A stretch of 64,000 nt of DNA from Oculina patagonica (Eukaryota), in the NCBI RefSeq assembly GCF_052425735.1, contig NC_135764.1:18414001-18478000 (forward strand), in the 5' to 3' direction. The position numbers and the translations under genes are program-made. This document shows, piece after piece, positions 1 through 12,344 of this stretch; positions within the stretch are counted from its first letter, which is position 1, and each line of letters opens with the position of its first letter. The notes beneath the pieces are model-generated. The model was not told the origin of the DNA. It did not search any database and was given only the letters and a program-made list of their open reading frames with translations.

Positions 1-969
1 AGATCCGTAACCGACGGATCCCCACATCCGTTGCTTGCCATACTTATCTGTGTCATCATTCTGCTTCAACAGGTTCACAGTGGCAGTGTCTGCGAGTGTA
101 AGACTTGGACATGATAGGATGGTTGTAAACAATGTTGCAAAGAGCAAGTAAAGGAAGATAAAAGTGTTTTTTCTTGTAGGGGTCTTCTTAGATTTCTGGT
201 CCTGTAGGGCGATCATATCTGATTGAGACCATGGAGTTTCTTCAAGAGATTCGTCTGCCATTTCCGAGACTTTGTCTAAGGACGTAACATTGTTTGAGGC
301 AAGTTGTGCTCTTCGGCCGGTCTTCACGTTAGATCTTGCCAGTTCTAAGTGCTTGTTAAACCCGTCCAAATCCATGGTTTCTTCCGCTGGGGAAACGTTT
401 CTTATCAACTTAGATATTTGGGAAGGACTCTGCGCGTAAAGTTTCGACTTTTTCATGACTTTCGAGTTGATGCCTAGCCGTGTTTTAATTTTCGTTGATC
501 TTTCGTCGTTTTGCGGGCCAAATAAAAATGACGCATGTTGTGTGGCGTGTCTGATATCTTTTGCCATGGCTCGACCACTGACACTTGTTGTCGGCTCTGT
601 CTCGCAAATATTGATGGGAACGAGAGCGTAGGCGACCATCCCTGCAATAATAGCAATCATAGATAAAACAAACAAAAGCTTTCCTTTCTTGAATCGATCA
701 GCAACGCACCCCCAAAATGGAATGAAGAAGAAAGCGATGTAAGGCTTCATCCCTGTTATGGCACCGATTTGACTAGCGGGCAGCTCGAGTTGTTTAAAGA
801 AAAGAGCTAGGTATGGCAACAGCGATCCTTGAGCAGAGAAAAAGAAAAAGTAAAATCCTTTGGATACTAAGTAAACCTTGTTGATAGCACAACAACCGTC
901 TTTGTTGTCTTCGTCGTTTTGAGTGTCATCATTGATTTTCTCGGTTTCCTCCGGAGCCTTTTCAGACAT
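1..969 (-). CDS. MFSD6: MFSD6-like major facilitator superfamily transporter, copy 1 (5' part; runs off the window start)
   Basis: Absent from the ORF track. Hand translation from ATG 969 to base 1 gives 323 codons with no stop found: MSEKAPEE...GCCAINKVYLVSKGFYFFFFSAQGSLLPYLALFFKQL...PFWGCVADRFKK...PSLTLADTATVNLLKQNDDTDKYGKQRMWGSVGYGS. These are the same motifs as in the three complete paralogs. Confidence 0.9.
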   Translation of the reverse strand, partial: MSEKAPEETEKINDDTQNDEDNKDGCCAINKVYLVSKGFYFFFFSAQGSLLPYLALFFKQLELPASQIGAITGMKPYIAFFFIPFWGCVADRFKKGKLLFVLSMIAIIAGMVAYALVPINICETEPTTSVSGRAMAKDIRHATQHASFLFGPQNDERSTKIKTRLGINSKVMKKSKLYAQSPSQISKLIRNVSPAEETMDLDGFNKHLELARSNVKTGRRAQLASNNVTSLDKVSEMADESLEETPWSQSDMIALQDQKSKKTPTRKNTFIFLYLLFATLFTTILSCPSLTLADTATVNLLKQNDDTDKYGKQRMWGSVGYGS

Positions 970-3244
970 TCTTTAGGAGGTTGTCTGTATCCAAACTTTG
1001 AGAATCACTGTGATATTTAAAAACAGAGTAAGGCCAGTAACTTAGCTTAGCTGTGAACAAGGATCATGAACTGTTTATCGTCAAACGCGATGAATAAGTT
1101 ATCAAACCCACGTGCAAGTTCAAGTGCGCATCAGATAAATGATGATTGTTTGCGGGTGGCTTGCTGGTTAACGCGGGTGCCACTAATAGCCACGGGAAAA
1201 CAAAGCCTCTTTTCTTGAGGTATAAGTGTTTCGCTTAATCAGTCTGATTTTTCGTTCAATCACTCACTCTTTCAGTCATAAGGATTTGAAAATATAACTC
1301 TCATATCAGTCTGTTACTTATCGATTGTATGGTGCTAAACCCGTATTTTTAAACGACCGTAGGGTCAAGGGGGTTTGACGGTGCCCTACTTTCTGCCCCA
1401 GCAAATCATTTTTGCGAAGCTATTCAAATTAGACCAGCATTAGCAAATTTAGTTTCTACGTTTTAGACACATACTCAATACATTTTCCGACTGTGGTCTA
1501 TTTCTAACTGTACTCCTAGAACTGCAACTGAGAAAACAGTTTTCAAAAAGACGCATAAAATCTTGGTAAAATTAATATTCAATACGTGATTAAGAGTGTG
1601 CCCGTGAGAGAACAGGGCAGAACCAGGTAACAAGTGATACAGCTCATATCACCGATTTCGCCCAAACTTAGCATAAATGTTGGGTATGGTGAGCTATTTA
1701 CTGTGGCAAAACATTAACTCAAAATATTTTATTCCCTTCAAGTTATGGCACCTTTTGAAAAAATGGCCATTTTTCACTAATTTATGCATATTTAATTAGC
1801 TGACTTTGATTGACCAGTTCCACAAGAAAAAAAGACTTCTGAAAATAAAATTCACTGCACTATATTCTTTGGTTATTAGGCTTTAAGTACAATAATTGCC
1901 TTCAACCGTCCGATTTGATTTCTTCTCCTCAAACGGTCTTTTGGAAGGTACACATTTCGTACTGTTGGAAATAGCCTTTAACTAGTGCCCAATATCTCCC
2001 ATGAGCAACAACTTATATACATTATTCTTACATGGGTAATGAAATCCATCATTAAACTTCACAAAAATGTCACAAAATGTCTGGGGACTTCAATATTTTA
2101 TTAGTATTGAGGAACTAAACACACGTGACTTAACGATTTCTTGCTATTTCATCAAAATTCACCGAAACACAAAAGCCATTTATTTGCCTCAATTTGGCAT
2201 AAAATCGGTACGAAATAGCTAATCAAGCATAAATCTATAGATAACAATCAAAATATTGGCGAAGAAAAGGCAGTTAGGACATTTTTCGGAGCGTTTTCAG
2301 AGCCATATAATTCGGCAATGTTGTGATAGCAAATGTAAAAATAGCAGCGAAAGATTTTCTTCAAAAGCTCGCTCAATTCAACATTAGTCACATCAAAGTT
2401 AAGAAACAAGAAAGTAATACTACATACATGCCACTTATCGACACACAGATGCTTTCTTTTGAAGAATTTGTTCTTCCTCGCTGCACTTCGATTCTTCGAT
2501 CGATCTCAATTGACATGTACTGTTGCTTTGAGGCGCGCTGAACTTAGTCAATCCATCGTGGTTCATCCTTCGTGAAAGGTGTAAACAGGATGTCAATAAA
2601 GTCATTCAAAGAGCTGTTCAAAGTTCACGGAAGGACACTTGTCTCAGCCAGTTTGCATGAAATAAATTTAACTGGAAAATAAACAGCCGCCATGTTGAAT
2701 TTCTACCTTTGAGCCTGCCGTTTCAGTCAGCGGTACGGCCGTTCACTGGGTATCACGCGTCCATCACGCGCGACCACACGCGCGATCATTTGCTTTTCCT
2801 CCGCGAGTGTTCGTTGGATGCGTTTGTGATGAAAATGAAAATATTTTCAAATTGTCGTAGGGAAAACAATTTCCTACGCTACAGCTCCAAGTGTTTACCG
2901 CAATGTGATGCTGAACGAACTCTAGGGTGCTTACCATTTGTTGGAGAGAACCGGTTGGAATGACCACTGAAAAATGGAAAGGCTTCTTTCCAAAATTAGC
3001 AAACTAACCGAAATAGATGTCGCTTACCATGTGTAGCTCAGTTTCCTGTTATTTCTTTCCGTTGGTGGGAGACTTGAAGGATGGGAGACTAGAACTGGGA
3101 AACCTTACAAATGGTAAGAAAATTTCTGACGTTCCGTCAATTTCCAAAGAGATTTTCCAGAAAAAAAACTGTTCCATTTGACTTTCACCGAAACAGAGTT
3201 CTTGATTTTTCTGTTCAACGGTCGGCATGCACGGCAACCAAATC

Positions 3245-3480
3245 AAAATAATTGTTTATGTTCCAAAATGACGCTAAATACTAGTTATGCAACGCTTTCG
3301 AGTGGTATACTATGGAATATCCCACGAGTCACTTGTATTTTCTCGGTATACACACGAGCCTTTAGGCTCGTGTGTATACCGAGAAAATACAAGCGACTCG
3401 TGGGATATTCCGTAGTATACCACTCGAAAGCGTTGCATAACTAGTATTTAGCGTCATTTTGGAGCATAAACAATTATTTT
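3245..3480. repeat. 236-bp near-perfect palindrome (MITE-like hairpin)
   Basis: Arms 3245-3361 and 3364-3480 with a 2-nt loop (cacacgagcct-tt-aggctcgtgtg) and only a few mismatches. Confidence 0.9.
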
Positions 3481-4770
3481 TAGCATAAAAGACGCTACAC
3501 AGTTAAACAAATCAAAATGTCAACGTCTCCCAGTTACTTTTCAGACATTTGTATTTTTTTATAGCTTGTTCAAATTCCCCTCCCCTGGCGGAAATAGTGA
3601 TTAATACCGCGCATAACGATTACATTTTTTGACCAAATTCCCCTACCCCTGGGGCATAAATGGGGAAAAATGAATAACTCAGCAAAATTGGAGAATAACG
3701 TTTACCACGGGATAAATCACTATACGGTGGATAGCGAGGTAGGTTTTGTAATCGTTTCTTGCGCAAGTGCTTCAGTTGGGGGAGCGTCTGTGCTGAACTG
3801 AACAAAGTATTCACGTACGAAATGCCTTTAGCGACGCAGTCTATATGGCGCAGCAAATATATACATATATCTATAAAGGTGTTAATGTAGAGAGAGAAAA
3901 CAACAAAGAATAAAACGGGTTTTCCTCGCGTTGACCTCGAAAAAGACAGAAGACTACCTGTGCTGGTTGAAACATTAGCTAATAAGTTTGGCCGTCTTGC
4001 ATAGTCCTAGTCTTGCAATAAATTTGTTTAGTTTTAATGCGGGGTTTAAGCACACTACAAAAGTCTGCATTCGCGTCTTTGTAACTCACATAGCCACTTA
4101 AATTGAGTCGGTGATGAAGAAAATTATCATTTGAAGCCGCAATTCGTCACTTGCAATGTGGGCACTCAAGAGGAAAAATTTGTCCCCATAAAAGCCCTTT
4201 TCTAAAACAAAACTGCAGTAATGACGTTTATCGGTAAATGGACAGATGGAGAACTTTGTGGGATCCCGAAAAAGAGAGTGGGTACAAATTCAGTCTCCTA
4301 GCTACCAAAGTGTAATATAATATAGACGATTTGAACAGAAGGAATAGATGTACACAGGCCAGGCTAACAACCTGACCGCCATTTCTTCGAATGTCCATAT
4401 TCACCCCCTCCCCCACCTCCCAAAAAAGACAGAAACAACAAAAAAACAATAAACATACTAGTTTTAACCTGATATAAGATGGAAAAACTTGCTCTGATTA
4501 TTTAATGGTTTCCGACATTTCAGAGCTCAATTTCAGAGCATCAAAACCGATTGCATCGCATACATTACACTGCATCCAGTGTATTTCTCTTCAACTATTT
4601 ATCAAAAAAATTCAATGGAGAAGTTGAAAAAAATTCTCACTTTTACAAGAAACGCACACTACTTATAAGGCTAAGATCAAGCCCCGGTTGTTCAGAGGGT
4701 AGATAACGCCATCCGCTACTTATTCCGACAAAAACAAACATTTGCGGAGGAAAAGCAAATGAACACGCGT

Positions 4771-4840
4771 GTGTATAGCTGTGTATAGCTGTGTTGGGCT
4801 ATGTATAGGCGTGTATAGCTGTGTAGGGCTAGGCTATGTA
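4771..4840. repeat. Degenerate 10-bp tandem repeat (gtgtatagct)
   Basis: gtgtatagct gtgtatagct gtgttgggct atgtataggc gtgtatagct gtgtagggct. Confidence 0.7.
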
Positions 4841-7800
4841 TCCCTTTTATGAATATCCCTATATAGGATTTAGTCAAACAACTATATGATGACTACACTA
4901 CGTACTTGCCCCAGTGAACGCCCGTACCGCTGACTGAAACGGCAGGCTCAAAGGTAGAAATACAACATGGCGGCTGTTTATTTTCCAGTTAAATTTATTT
5001 CATGCAAACTGGCTGAGACAAGTGTCCTTCCGTGAACTTTGAACAGCTCTTTGAATGACTTTATTGACAACCTGTTTACACCTTTCACGAAGAATGAACC
5101 ACGATGTATTGACTAAGTTCATCGCGCCTCAAAGCAACAGTACATGTCAATTGAGATCGATCGAAGGATCGAAGTGCAGCGAGGAAGAACAAATTCTTCA
5201 AAAGAAAGCATCTGTGTGTCGATAAGTGGCATGTATGTAGTATTACTTTCTTGTTTCTTAACTTTGATGTGCCTAAATGTTGAATTGAGCGAGCTTTTGA
5301 AGAAAATCTTTCGCTGCTATTTTTACATTTACTATCACAACATTGCCGAATTATATGGCTCTGAAAACGCTCCGAAAAATGCCCTAACTGCCAATCTTCG
5401 CCAATATTTTGATTGTTATCTATAGATTTATGCTTGATTAGCTATTTCGTACCGATTTTATGCCAAATTGAGGCAAATAAATGGCTTCTGTGTTTCGGTG
5501 AATTTTGATGAAATAGCAAGAAATCGTTAAGTCACGTGTGTTTAGTTCCTCAATACTAATAGAATATTAAAGTCCCCAGACATTTTGTGGCATTTTTGTG
5601 AAGTTTAATGATGGATTTCATTACCCATGTAAGAATAATGTATATAAGTTGTTGCTCATGGGAGATATTGGGCACTAGTTAAAGGCTATTTCCAACAGTA
5701 CGAAATGTGTACCTTCCAAAAGACCGTTTGAGGAGAAGAAATCAAAACAGACGGTTGAAGTGAGTTATTGCACTTAAAGCCTAATAACCACAGAATATAA
5801 CGCAGTGAATTTTATTTTCAGAAGTCTTTTTTTCTTGTGGAACTGGTCAATCAAAGTCAGCTAATTAAATATGCATAAATTAGTGAAAAATGGCCATTTT
5901 TTCAAAAGGTGCCATAACTTGAAGGGAATAATATATTTTGAGTTGATGTTTTGCCACAGTAAATAGCTCACCATACCCAACATTTATGCTAAGTTTGGGT
6001 GAAATCGGTGACATGAGCTGTATCACATGTTGCCTGGTCCTCTTATGGACACACTCTTAAGTTTGATAGGGTTCAAGTAACCGAGCACATAACTTTTGCC
6101 GACACAAAATACTACTTTCACACATGAAGCTATTTTAGGTGTGGGGAAATAATGTCAAGGGATCTTTATTTTTCACGTTCTTTAATATCAATGCAACCTC
6201 AAGGTAAACTAACCACCTATGGTGAATTCCAGGCAACCAAGACGAAAAGCTTTTGTCAAGAACCCAGGTGTTGCAATTCGCATATACCCTAACACAATTC
6301 GAGAAAAAACTCTTTTAAGTGTCAAAAAATTAATATTTACAGACGTTTCGGGCAGAGCCTAACAACCCTAACAACTTGCCCTTTGATGCAACACAGCAGT
6401 TCCCGTTGCGCTTGCGTCACCCGTTTAAATCGAGATACGGCCAGCGCAACTGAGTGATCTTCAAACAATCATCTCGGGGGCCTCGAAAAGGTGGTGGCTT
6501 TACACGTACGACATACCCATAAGCATGAGAGCAAATTGATTAAGACGGAATCCACTAGGAAGTCGAGTAATATTCATTTACGTTGCACAAAATTCAGTAC
6601 CAGAATAATTTAAACCCTATTGCGTTATTTCTTACCCTTTATAAAAGGTAAAGATGTAAGTAATTATCTGTGATAACATCAACCACAATTTTTTATCAGA
6701 GTCTGAGAAAACGAATTTCAAAGTTCATAAGCTACAGTCAAAATCTAAGGGGTAGCCATTTTGTAAAATCTTCTTTAAGTGATTCAGTGGAACTCAGTGG
6801 AAATTCGAAATTTGTTTTCGATGTTTGGTGTTGTTAGAAGATATTTCTTTTGATAAGATATTTGAAGCGGTAACACAAAAGCTTGCAATAAGGTGTAAAT
6901 AATGTTGGTACATAATTTTGTCCAATAAGTACAAGAAGTCCTGGCTTATTCCGTCTTAACATTTTAAGGCACTACGCTTGCGTATGCTGCCTAGTCCTTA
7001 TGCTTATTGCAGTGTGAAGCCCCCTTGGTCTTATGCTTACCCTTATCCCCACAGGCTTCGTCGCTCGTGAAGAGAAAAAATAGGGCTTTTTGCCGGAAAA
7101 CGTTCTACGTTACTGCCGGCGAATCTTTAGAATTAAAGAAATCCGAAAAATGTCAGAAATATCCCGAAGGTTTGCCGTCGTAATTATTACCGATCCCTTT
7201 ATGCATAAGATCATAGTATCGTAACGAGACCAAGCTATAAACGTAAGAAAACCAAAATATCAAACTCGCATAACAGTGCAGAAGTTTAGGTTTAATAGAA
7301 CCTTCAGCAAATTAGCTCGCTCATTATATAAGCTTGCAGAAAAGCAACACCCAAAAACGGGCAGCAGTATAACATTCCTGAACAGAAATTAAAAGTTCTT
7401 ATAAAAAGCCTTGCATCAATTGACACAGTTTTAAAACATACAATATTTGGCAGACGCTTGCGATAACAATCTTCCAAGGAAACGCAATTAAACAGCCACC
7501 AGTGGCTATCATATAATACACCCTAATCGAAATGGCAGCTACATTGAAAAGGAAATAACTGTATCAATATATAGCGAAGAGTGCGATTTAAACTTTAATG
7601 AAGATTGTTTCAAATTGGCTTCCACAACAACAAAGCAATCCATAATTCCCTGTATAAGTCACGCCTGCAGGGAGTGTCATGGTAGTCTTATTCAGCGTTG
7701 CCAAGTCTTAGACATGTTTTGTTGAATACAATTACCATGAGTTGGCGTGTCACATCCAGGAATTTAGGGATTGTTTCTTACTTTGTTTGTGAAAACACTC

Positions 7801-7880
7801 AATGACTATTTTTCACTTTATTTTGCAGTTAAGGCGTTGTCAAAATAGCTGCCATTTCACTTTAATTTACTTGAAAACAA

Positions 7881-9470
7881 TTATCGTTTCCTTTCATCGT
7901 CACTTAGATCTGAGTACTCGGAGTCTGCGCTGCAACCTTCTTTACCATCTCTGGACCCGCAGAAGTAATTAATCAAAATATACACGCCTAAGACGACTAT
8001 GCACAAAACACCGAAAATAATGAAAGTCGTTGGCGCACCGTAATGATGCACCATAATGCCACCAATCACCTCACCGGCGCCATAACCGAGGCCCCAGTGC
8101 ACCCCGTGCAAGATACACTGCATTGTCGTTGCGGCGCCTGGGCCTGAGTTTATGCTGACGTAAGATAGGCAAGCAGCCCATACCGCCGCTGTTGTAATAC
8201 CGGGAAGTAGCTCCACAACAAGAACCATCCATGGAATGGGAATAGCTGAGTAGTAAAACAGTCTTATTGAGTAACAAATTAGTCCTAGATATAAGACTCT
8301 TGCGTGACCTATTCGTTTTATTAGTTTGGCCGAAAGAAAGTACATGCTGACTTCGGCAAAACAGTTAACGGCGGAAATGATACTAAAAAGAAGTTGACTT
8401 CCGCCCAGATCCTTTAGATGCCAAAACAGGAATGTTTTTATAAATGCCATAAGAAATCCTAAGTACAAGGCGGTGAAAAGAAACATAAGATATGTTGGGC
8501 TCTTCAAGGCTTGCAGCCCCACACTCAGACTTGCACCACGTGGCTTCTTCGTTTTCTCTTCGAATTTAAATTGCGTGGCTGTTAACAAACCCAGAAACAT
8601 CAAACCAGCGAAAGTGTAAAAACAAGGAATGTAATCAACAATCTCGTAGTCTTTGTCTTTGCCGCATTGGTGAGTTGTTTTCAGGGAAGCACCGACAACG
8701 AAAGCACCAACACCCCAGCCAATCGATCCCGTGAGCCTTTGCATGCCGTACTTGTAGGTTTCCGAGCCCAAAAGCTGAAGTGTTGCTGTGTCCACCAAAG
8801 CTAACGTCGGTGCAGAGATCAAAGTACCGAAGAAAGTTATTAAAAATAAGGTCATAAAACACTGGGTTGTGTCCAGCTCTACCCTAACCGTGGTCTTTTC
8901 GTCTAGATTAATGAAAAGTTCGAGCGACCAAGGCTTGGGGCCTTTGTAAAAATATGGCATAAAGGACTTTTGATGTTTATCTATCTCCACCATCTTGTCG
9001 ATACCTGGCTCGGGAAACTCATAGTTGGGACTGTCAATCACCGGTCTGTTCATGTCAATCAAGCTAGAATACTTAGGAGTAGACATGTTACAATATCGTT
9101 TGACCACTACTTTGTTCTCTTTGGGTCCTGGGACTAAGCTAAGAGTGAAGGTGGATGTAATCAAAGCGATGATGGAAATAACCATAACTAACTTGCTCTT
9201 CTGGCACTTGTCAACTATGGCGCCCCATATTGGAATAACGAGAAAGTTCACAAACGGCTTCAGTCCCATAAGAATTCCTACTTCGCTCGGTGAAAGCATC
9301 AGCTGTTTAAAATACAAAGCCAAGTATGGAAGCAATGATCCCCAGGCGGAAAAGAAGAAAAAGTAGAAGGCTTTCGGGATTAATAGTTTACGATTCACAT
9401 CAGGACAACATCGCTTATCTTCATCCATGTTCTCATGATCAGTAATAGCTTTCTTGTCTTCACTGGACAT
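7881..9470 (-). CDS. MFSD6: MFSD6-like MFS transporter, copy 2 (529 aa, single coding exon)
   Basis: Multiple hydrophobic TM segments; family motifs KAFYFFFF..GSLLPYL, PIWGAIVDK, YGMQRLTGSIGWG, FLFWHLKDLGG, QCILHGVHWGLG. Confidence 0.92.
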   Translation of the reverse strand: MSSEDKKAITDHENMDEDKRCCPDVNRKLLIPKAFYFFFFSAWGSLLPYLALYFKQLMLSPSEVGILMGLKPFVNFLVIPIWGAIVDKCQKSKLVMVISIIALITSTFTLSLVPGPKENKVVVKRYCNMSTPKYSSLIDMNRPVIDSPNYEFPEPGIDKMVEIDKHQKSFMPYFYKGPKPWSLELFINLDEKTTVRVELDTTQCFMTLFLITFFGTLISAPTLALVDTATLQLLGSETYKYGMQRLTGSIGWGVGAFVVGASLKTTHQCGKDKDYEIVDYIPCFYTFAGLMFLGLLTATQFKFEEKTKKPRGASLSVGLQALKSPTYLMFLFTALYLGFLMAFIKTFLFWHLKDLGGSQLLFSIISAVNCFAEVSMYFLSAKLIKRIGHARVLYLGLICYSIRLFYYSAIPIPWMVLVVELLPGITTAAVWAACLSYVSINSGPGAATTMQCILHGVHWGLGYGAGEVIGGIMVHHYGAPTTFIIFGVLCIVVLGVYILINYFCGSRDGKEGCSADSEYSDLSDDERKR

Positions 9471-12344
9471 CTCTAAGTGTTGCGCATCGACGTATTATTC
9501 CTTAATTGATGTGCTTTAAAATAGAATGTTTGAATCAGTAATAATTGGATCGAGTTTTCGTGCACGGGAGGCCAAAAAATTGAATTCCTGTCTGGACACG
9601 TAAAGTTTTCAAATTTGTGTTGCTTAAGTTAATTCGTCCGTTTATGGCTGGCCAGTGACAACATGTGAATTTTTTATGTTCAACACCCCAACAGGTGCTG
9701 TGTTGTTAAGCAACACAAAATGTCACTTACATCAGCCAAATCCCGCCGCCTTGGACTCAAACCAAAACAAGAAATTGAACAGATTTGATCACTTAAAATA
9801 GTTTTAAACCTAATACGAGGGGAAAAAAAACTAGCCAGTGGCCGTCTTATCTTGTCCTATGTTGTTTATGTTTATTTTACACCCTGATGTTCTTTAGAAG
9901 TGTGCGAACTTATCACCAATAGCGAGAAAACACCCACCCGGCCACTTTTAAAATACAAAAATGGCATAGAACTCTTATATTTTTTGATTGATTTGTTTGA
10001 TTTATCAAGCGCTTTTTCAACCAGAAAATGAAATAAATAAACAGTTCGCTTCTATGTAATTTGACGATCTTGGCTAGCCTAGCCAATTTAGACTTTTGAC
10101 TGTGGCTCCTTCGAAAAGAAATTAGGAAGAGATCGTGACACAAGTAATGGGTTTAAATTCTCAATTCTTATCGTTTTGCTAGTAAGCGTTAAAGTTTCGG
10201 TCTGTTTCAATGTATGTTATTCTTTGACTTTTCTAAACTACGTTTAACGTTTCTGCGAGACCAAGGCCACCCGAACATTTAACAGGTGGCTATTTTCTTG
10301 CCAAAAAGTTTAGATATTGACAAGTTAGGAAAGTCATTTTACTAAACTGGAAAGTTTTTAACTTTAGTGGAGTACCACTGGCTAAAAAGTTAAAAAAAAA
10401 ATCAAACTTTGACTATTTCAGCGTTTTCATTAGTTATTTTGATTGAACTATAATTAGCAATGAAAGCACTCAATGTGAACAAAATACTGGCACCGGTCAT
10501 TGGTATACAATTATTCTCTTCAGGAGTTTTGAAAAAGAAGCTCCTAAAAATCAGACGATAGGCTAGTTTTGTTCGTTTGAAAGATTCATGCTGCTTAGGA
10601 TAAAACGCATGAAAGGCAAATTGGTTTCTTTTGTGATCTTTTCGGGAGGTTTTTCAGTTTCAAGTGTTTTCCATCTCGAAATACGCCAAATATGACCGTG
10701 AGAGCCTGGAAAAAAGTCAAACGGAACAAGACACCATTTCTGTGCTGAGACATCCTTTAAGTTACAGGATTGCTAGAAACTGCATAAATCGTATAATGTA
10801 ATCTTAACGTTGGTCTTTGCCACTAGTTGTGGTTAAAAATAATAGGCAAATTACACAGTTGAGTTTCTATCTGTTTTATTTCAACTGAGAAAACAAGCAA
10901 AGTAGAACAAACAAACGCACAAACTCATGTCAAATTAACCGTCTGCTTTGAAATGACGATTCTAAAGAGCATACTTTTCAACGTCCAATTCAACATGAGC
11001 CAGCTAACAGCGATGATCTATGCAACTTCGTTTGTTGTGTTGTTTGCTCATACAAATCACTACAGTTCTTATAACGCAGCGTTATGTTCAGAGTTAATGA
11101 ACTTGCCACGAACATCTTCTGAACACAGTGACTTCGTGGTATTGTTGTAACTTACATGCTCGACTTAATCCTCTCAGACGACTGAATCGAAAGTAAAGTT
11201 GATTTCGAACGTACATGTTGAAAATATGAATGTGTTCAACCTTGTGGATAAAGCAGCAGGTAGCTTCTCACTTGTTGTTTTAATGGCGTGAAATATATGA
11301 AACCCTTCACTAGTAAAACTTGTTAACAAACTGAAACGGAGTTGTTCACAATAAAACGAGTTTAGTTGGTTTACTGCAAGCAAATTCGCAGAAAACCAAT
11401 CAGAAGTCGTAAGAAGCACGTGAAAAGCAATATAACCCACGTGATTGGAAATATGTTCGTTCTTATTATTATACCCGCTTGAAAACAACATTTAAACAAA
11501 ATTTAAGAACCGAGAAAGATGTTTATCAGTCAGTGACACTAGCTGCTTGTAAAAATGTTCGAATTCTTTCCACAGGAGTCGAGCCCATGACCTCAGATTC
11601 GTACCGCAGTGGGACGATCTACCCTTCAGCTAAAGGAGATTCGTGTGAGGTAGGCCGATTTGAGAAATCATGATAAGCAAACACTAAACCAAATTAACAT
11701 TTACTACCCTGGGTGGAGTATTCTTCTTGGCTTGAATATGATGCTGAAAATTGGGGTAAAGCGATCACAAATTTAAGAGGGAACACTGTAATCCTGCAGA
11801 AAACATCACTGCTGTAGGCACAATTGTTGTAAAAAGTTTGGTGAAGAATATAATATTTCGTATCACTAGTTTCCTAATAATTGTCCCCCCCTCCAAAAAA
11901 AAAAAAAATGCGCTACTGAAACCATTTGAGTGCGGATTGTTTTCAGTTATAGTTGACCGCTGTTCTTTTGCTTTTTTTCGTACCATTCAGAAAGTTTGAG
12001 TTTGCTCGACAACTTCCTTTCCCCTTGTTTATACAGGTTTTCCACGAGCCTTTAAGGTTAATTTTTTTTTAATTTTCGCTAAATCACCCAATTGTTTGCA
12101 TCTGTATGTCTTTGATCTTTATTATTCCTTGCTGTCATGAAACAAGGTTATTTTTTAGTCTTGTACAAGCGCAGGCTATTGCAGCGACCTTTGGGAAAAG
12201 TAAATCAGGGCATCTTGTGAAGTGGAATCAATCATACAAGGTAGATAAGCTTCCCCAGATGCACTCATTATATTCTTTGTCCAGGTACAGTTGTGAGTCC
12301 TGCTCACGCAATAAAAATTCTAAGTTTCATTTGTTTTGTTTTGA

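Larger units (their letters stand above)
1594..6056. mobile_element. Non-autonomous DNA transposon with ~1.15-kb terminal inverted repeats and TTAA target duplication (Kolobok-like termini)
   Basis: 1594-2750 is a near reverse complement of 4910-6056. TTAA flanks both ends (1590-1593, 6057-6060); termini are GAGTGTG...CACACTC. No transposase ORF inside. Confidence 0.8.

Noticed and set aside
2323-5425. Short ORFs within the long inverted repeats as a possible transposase
   Set aside because: No DDE or zinc-finger motifs; they are chance frames in the repeat arms.
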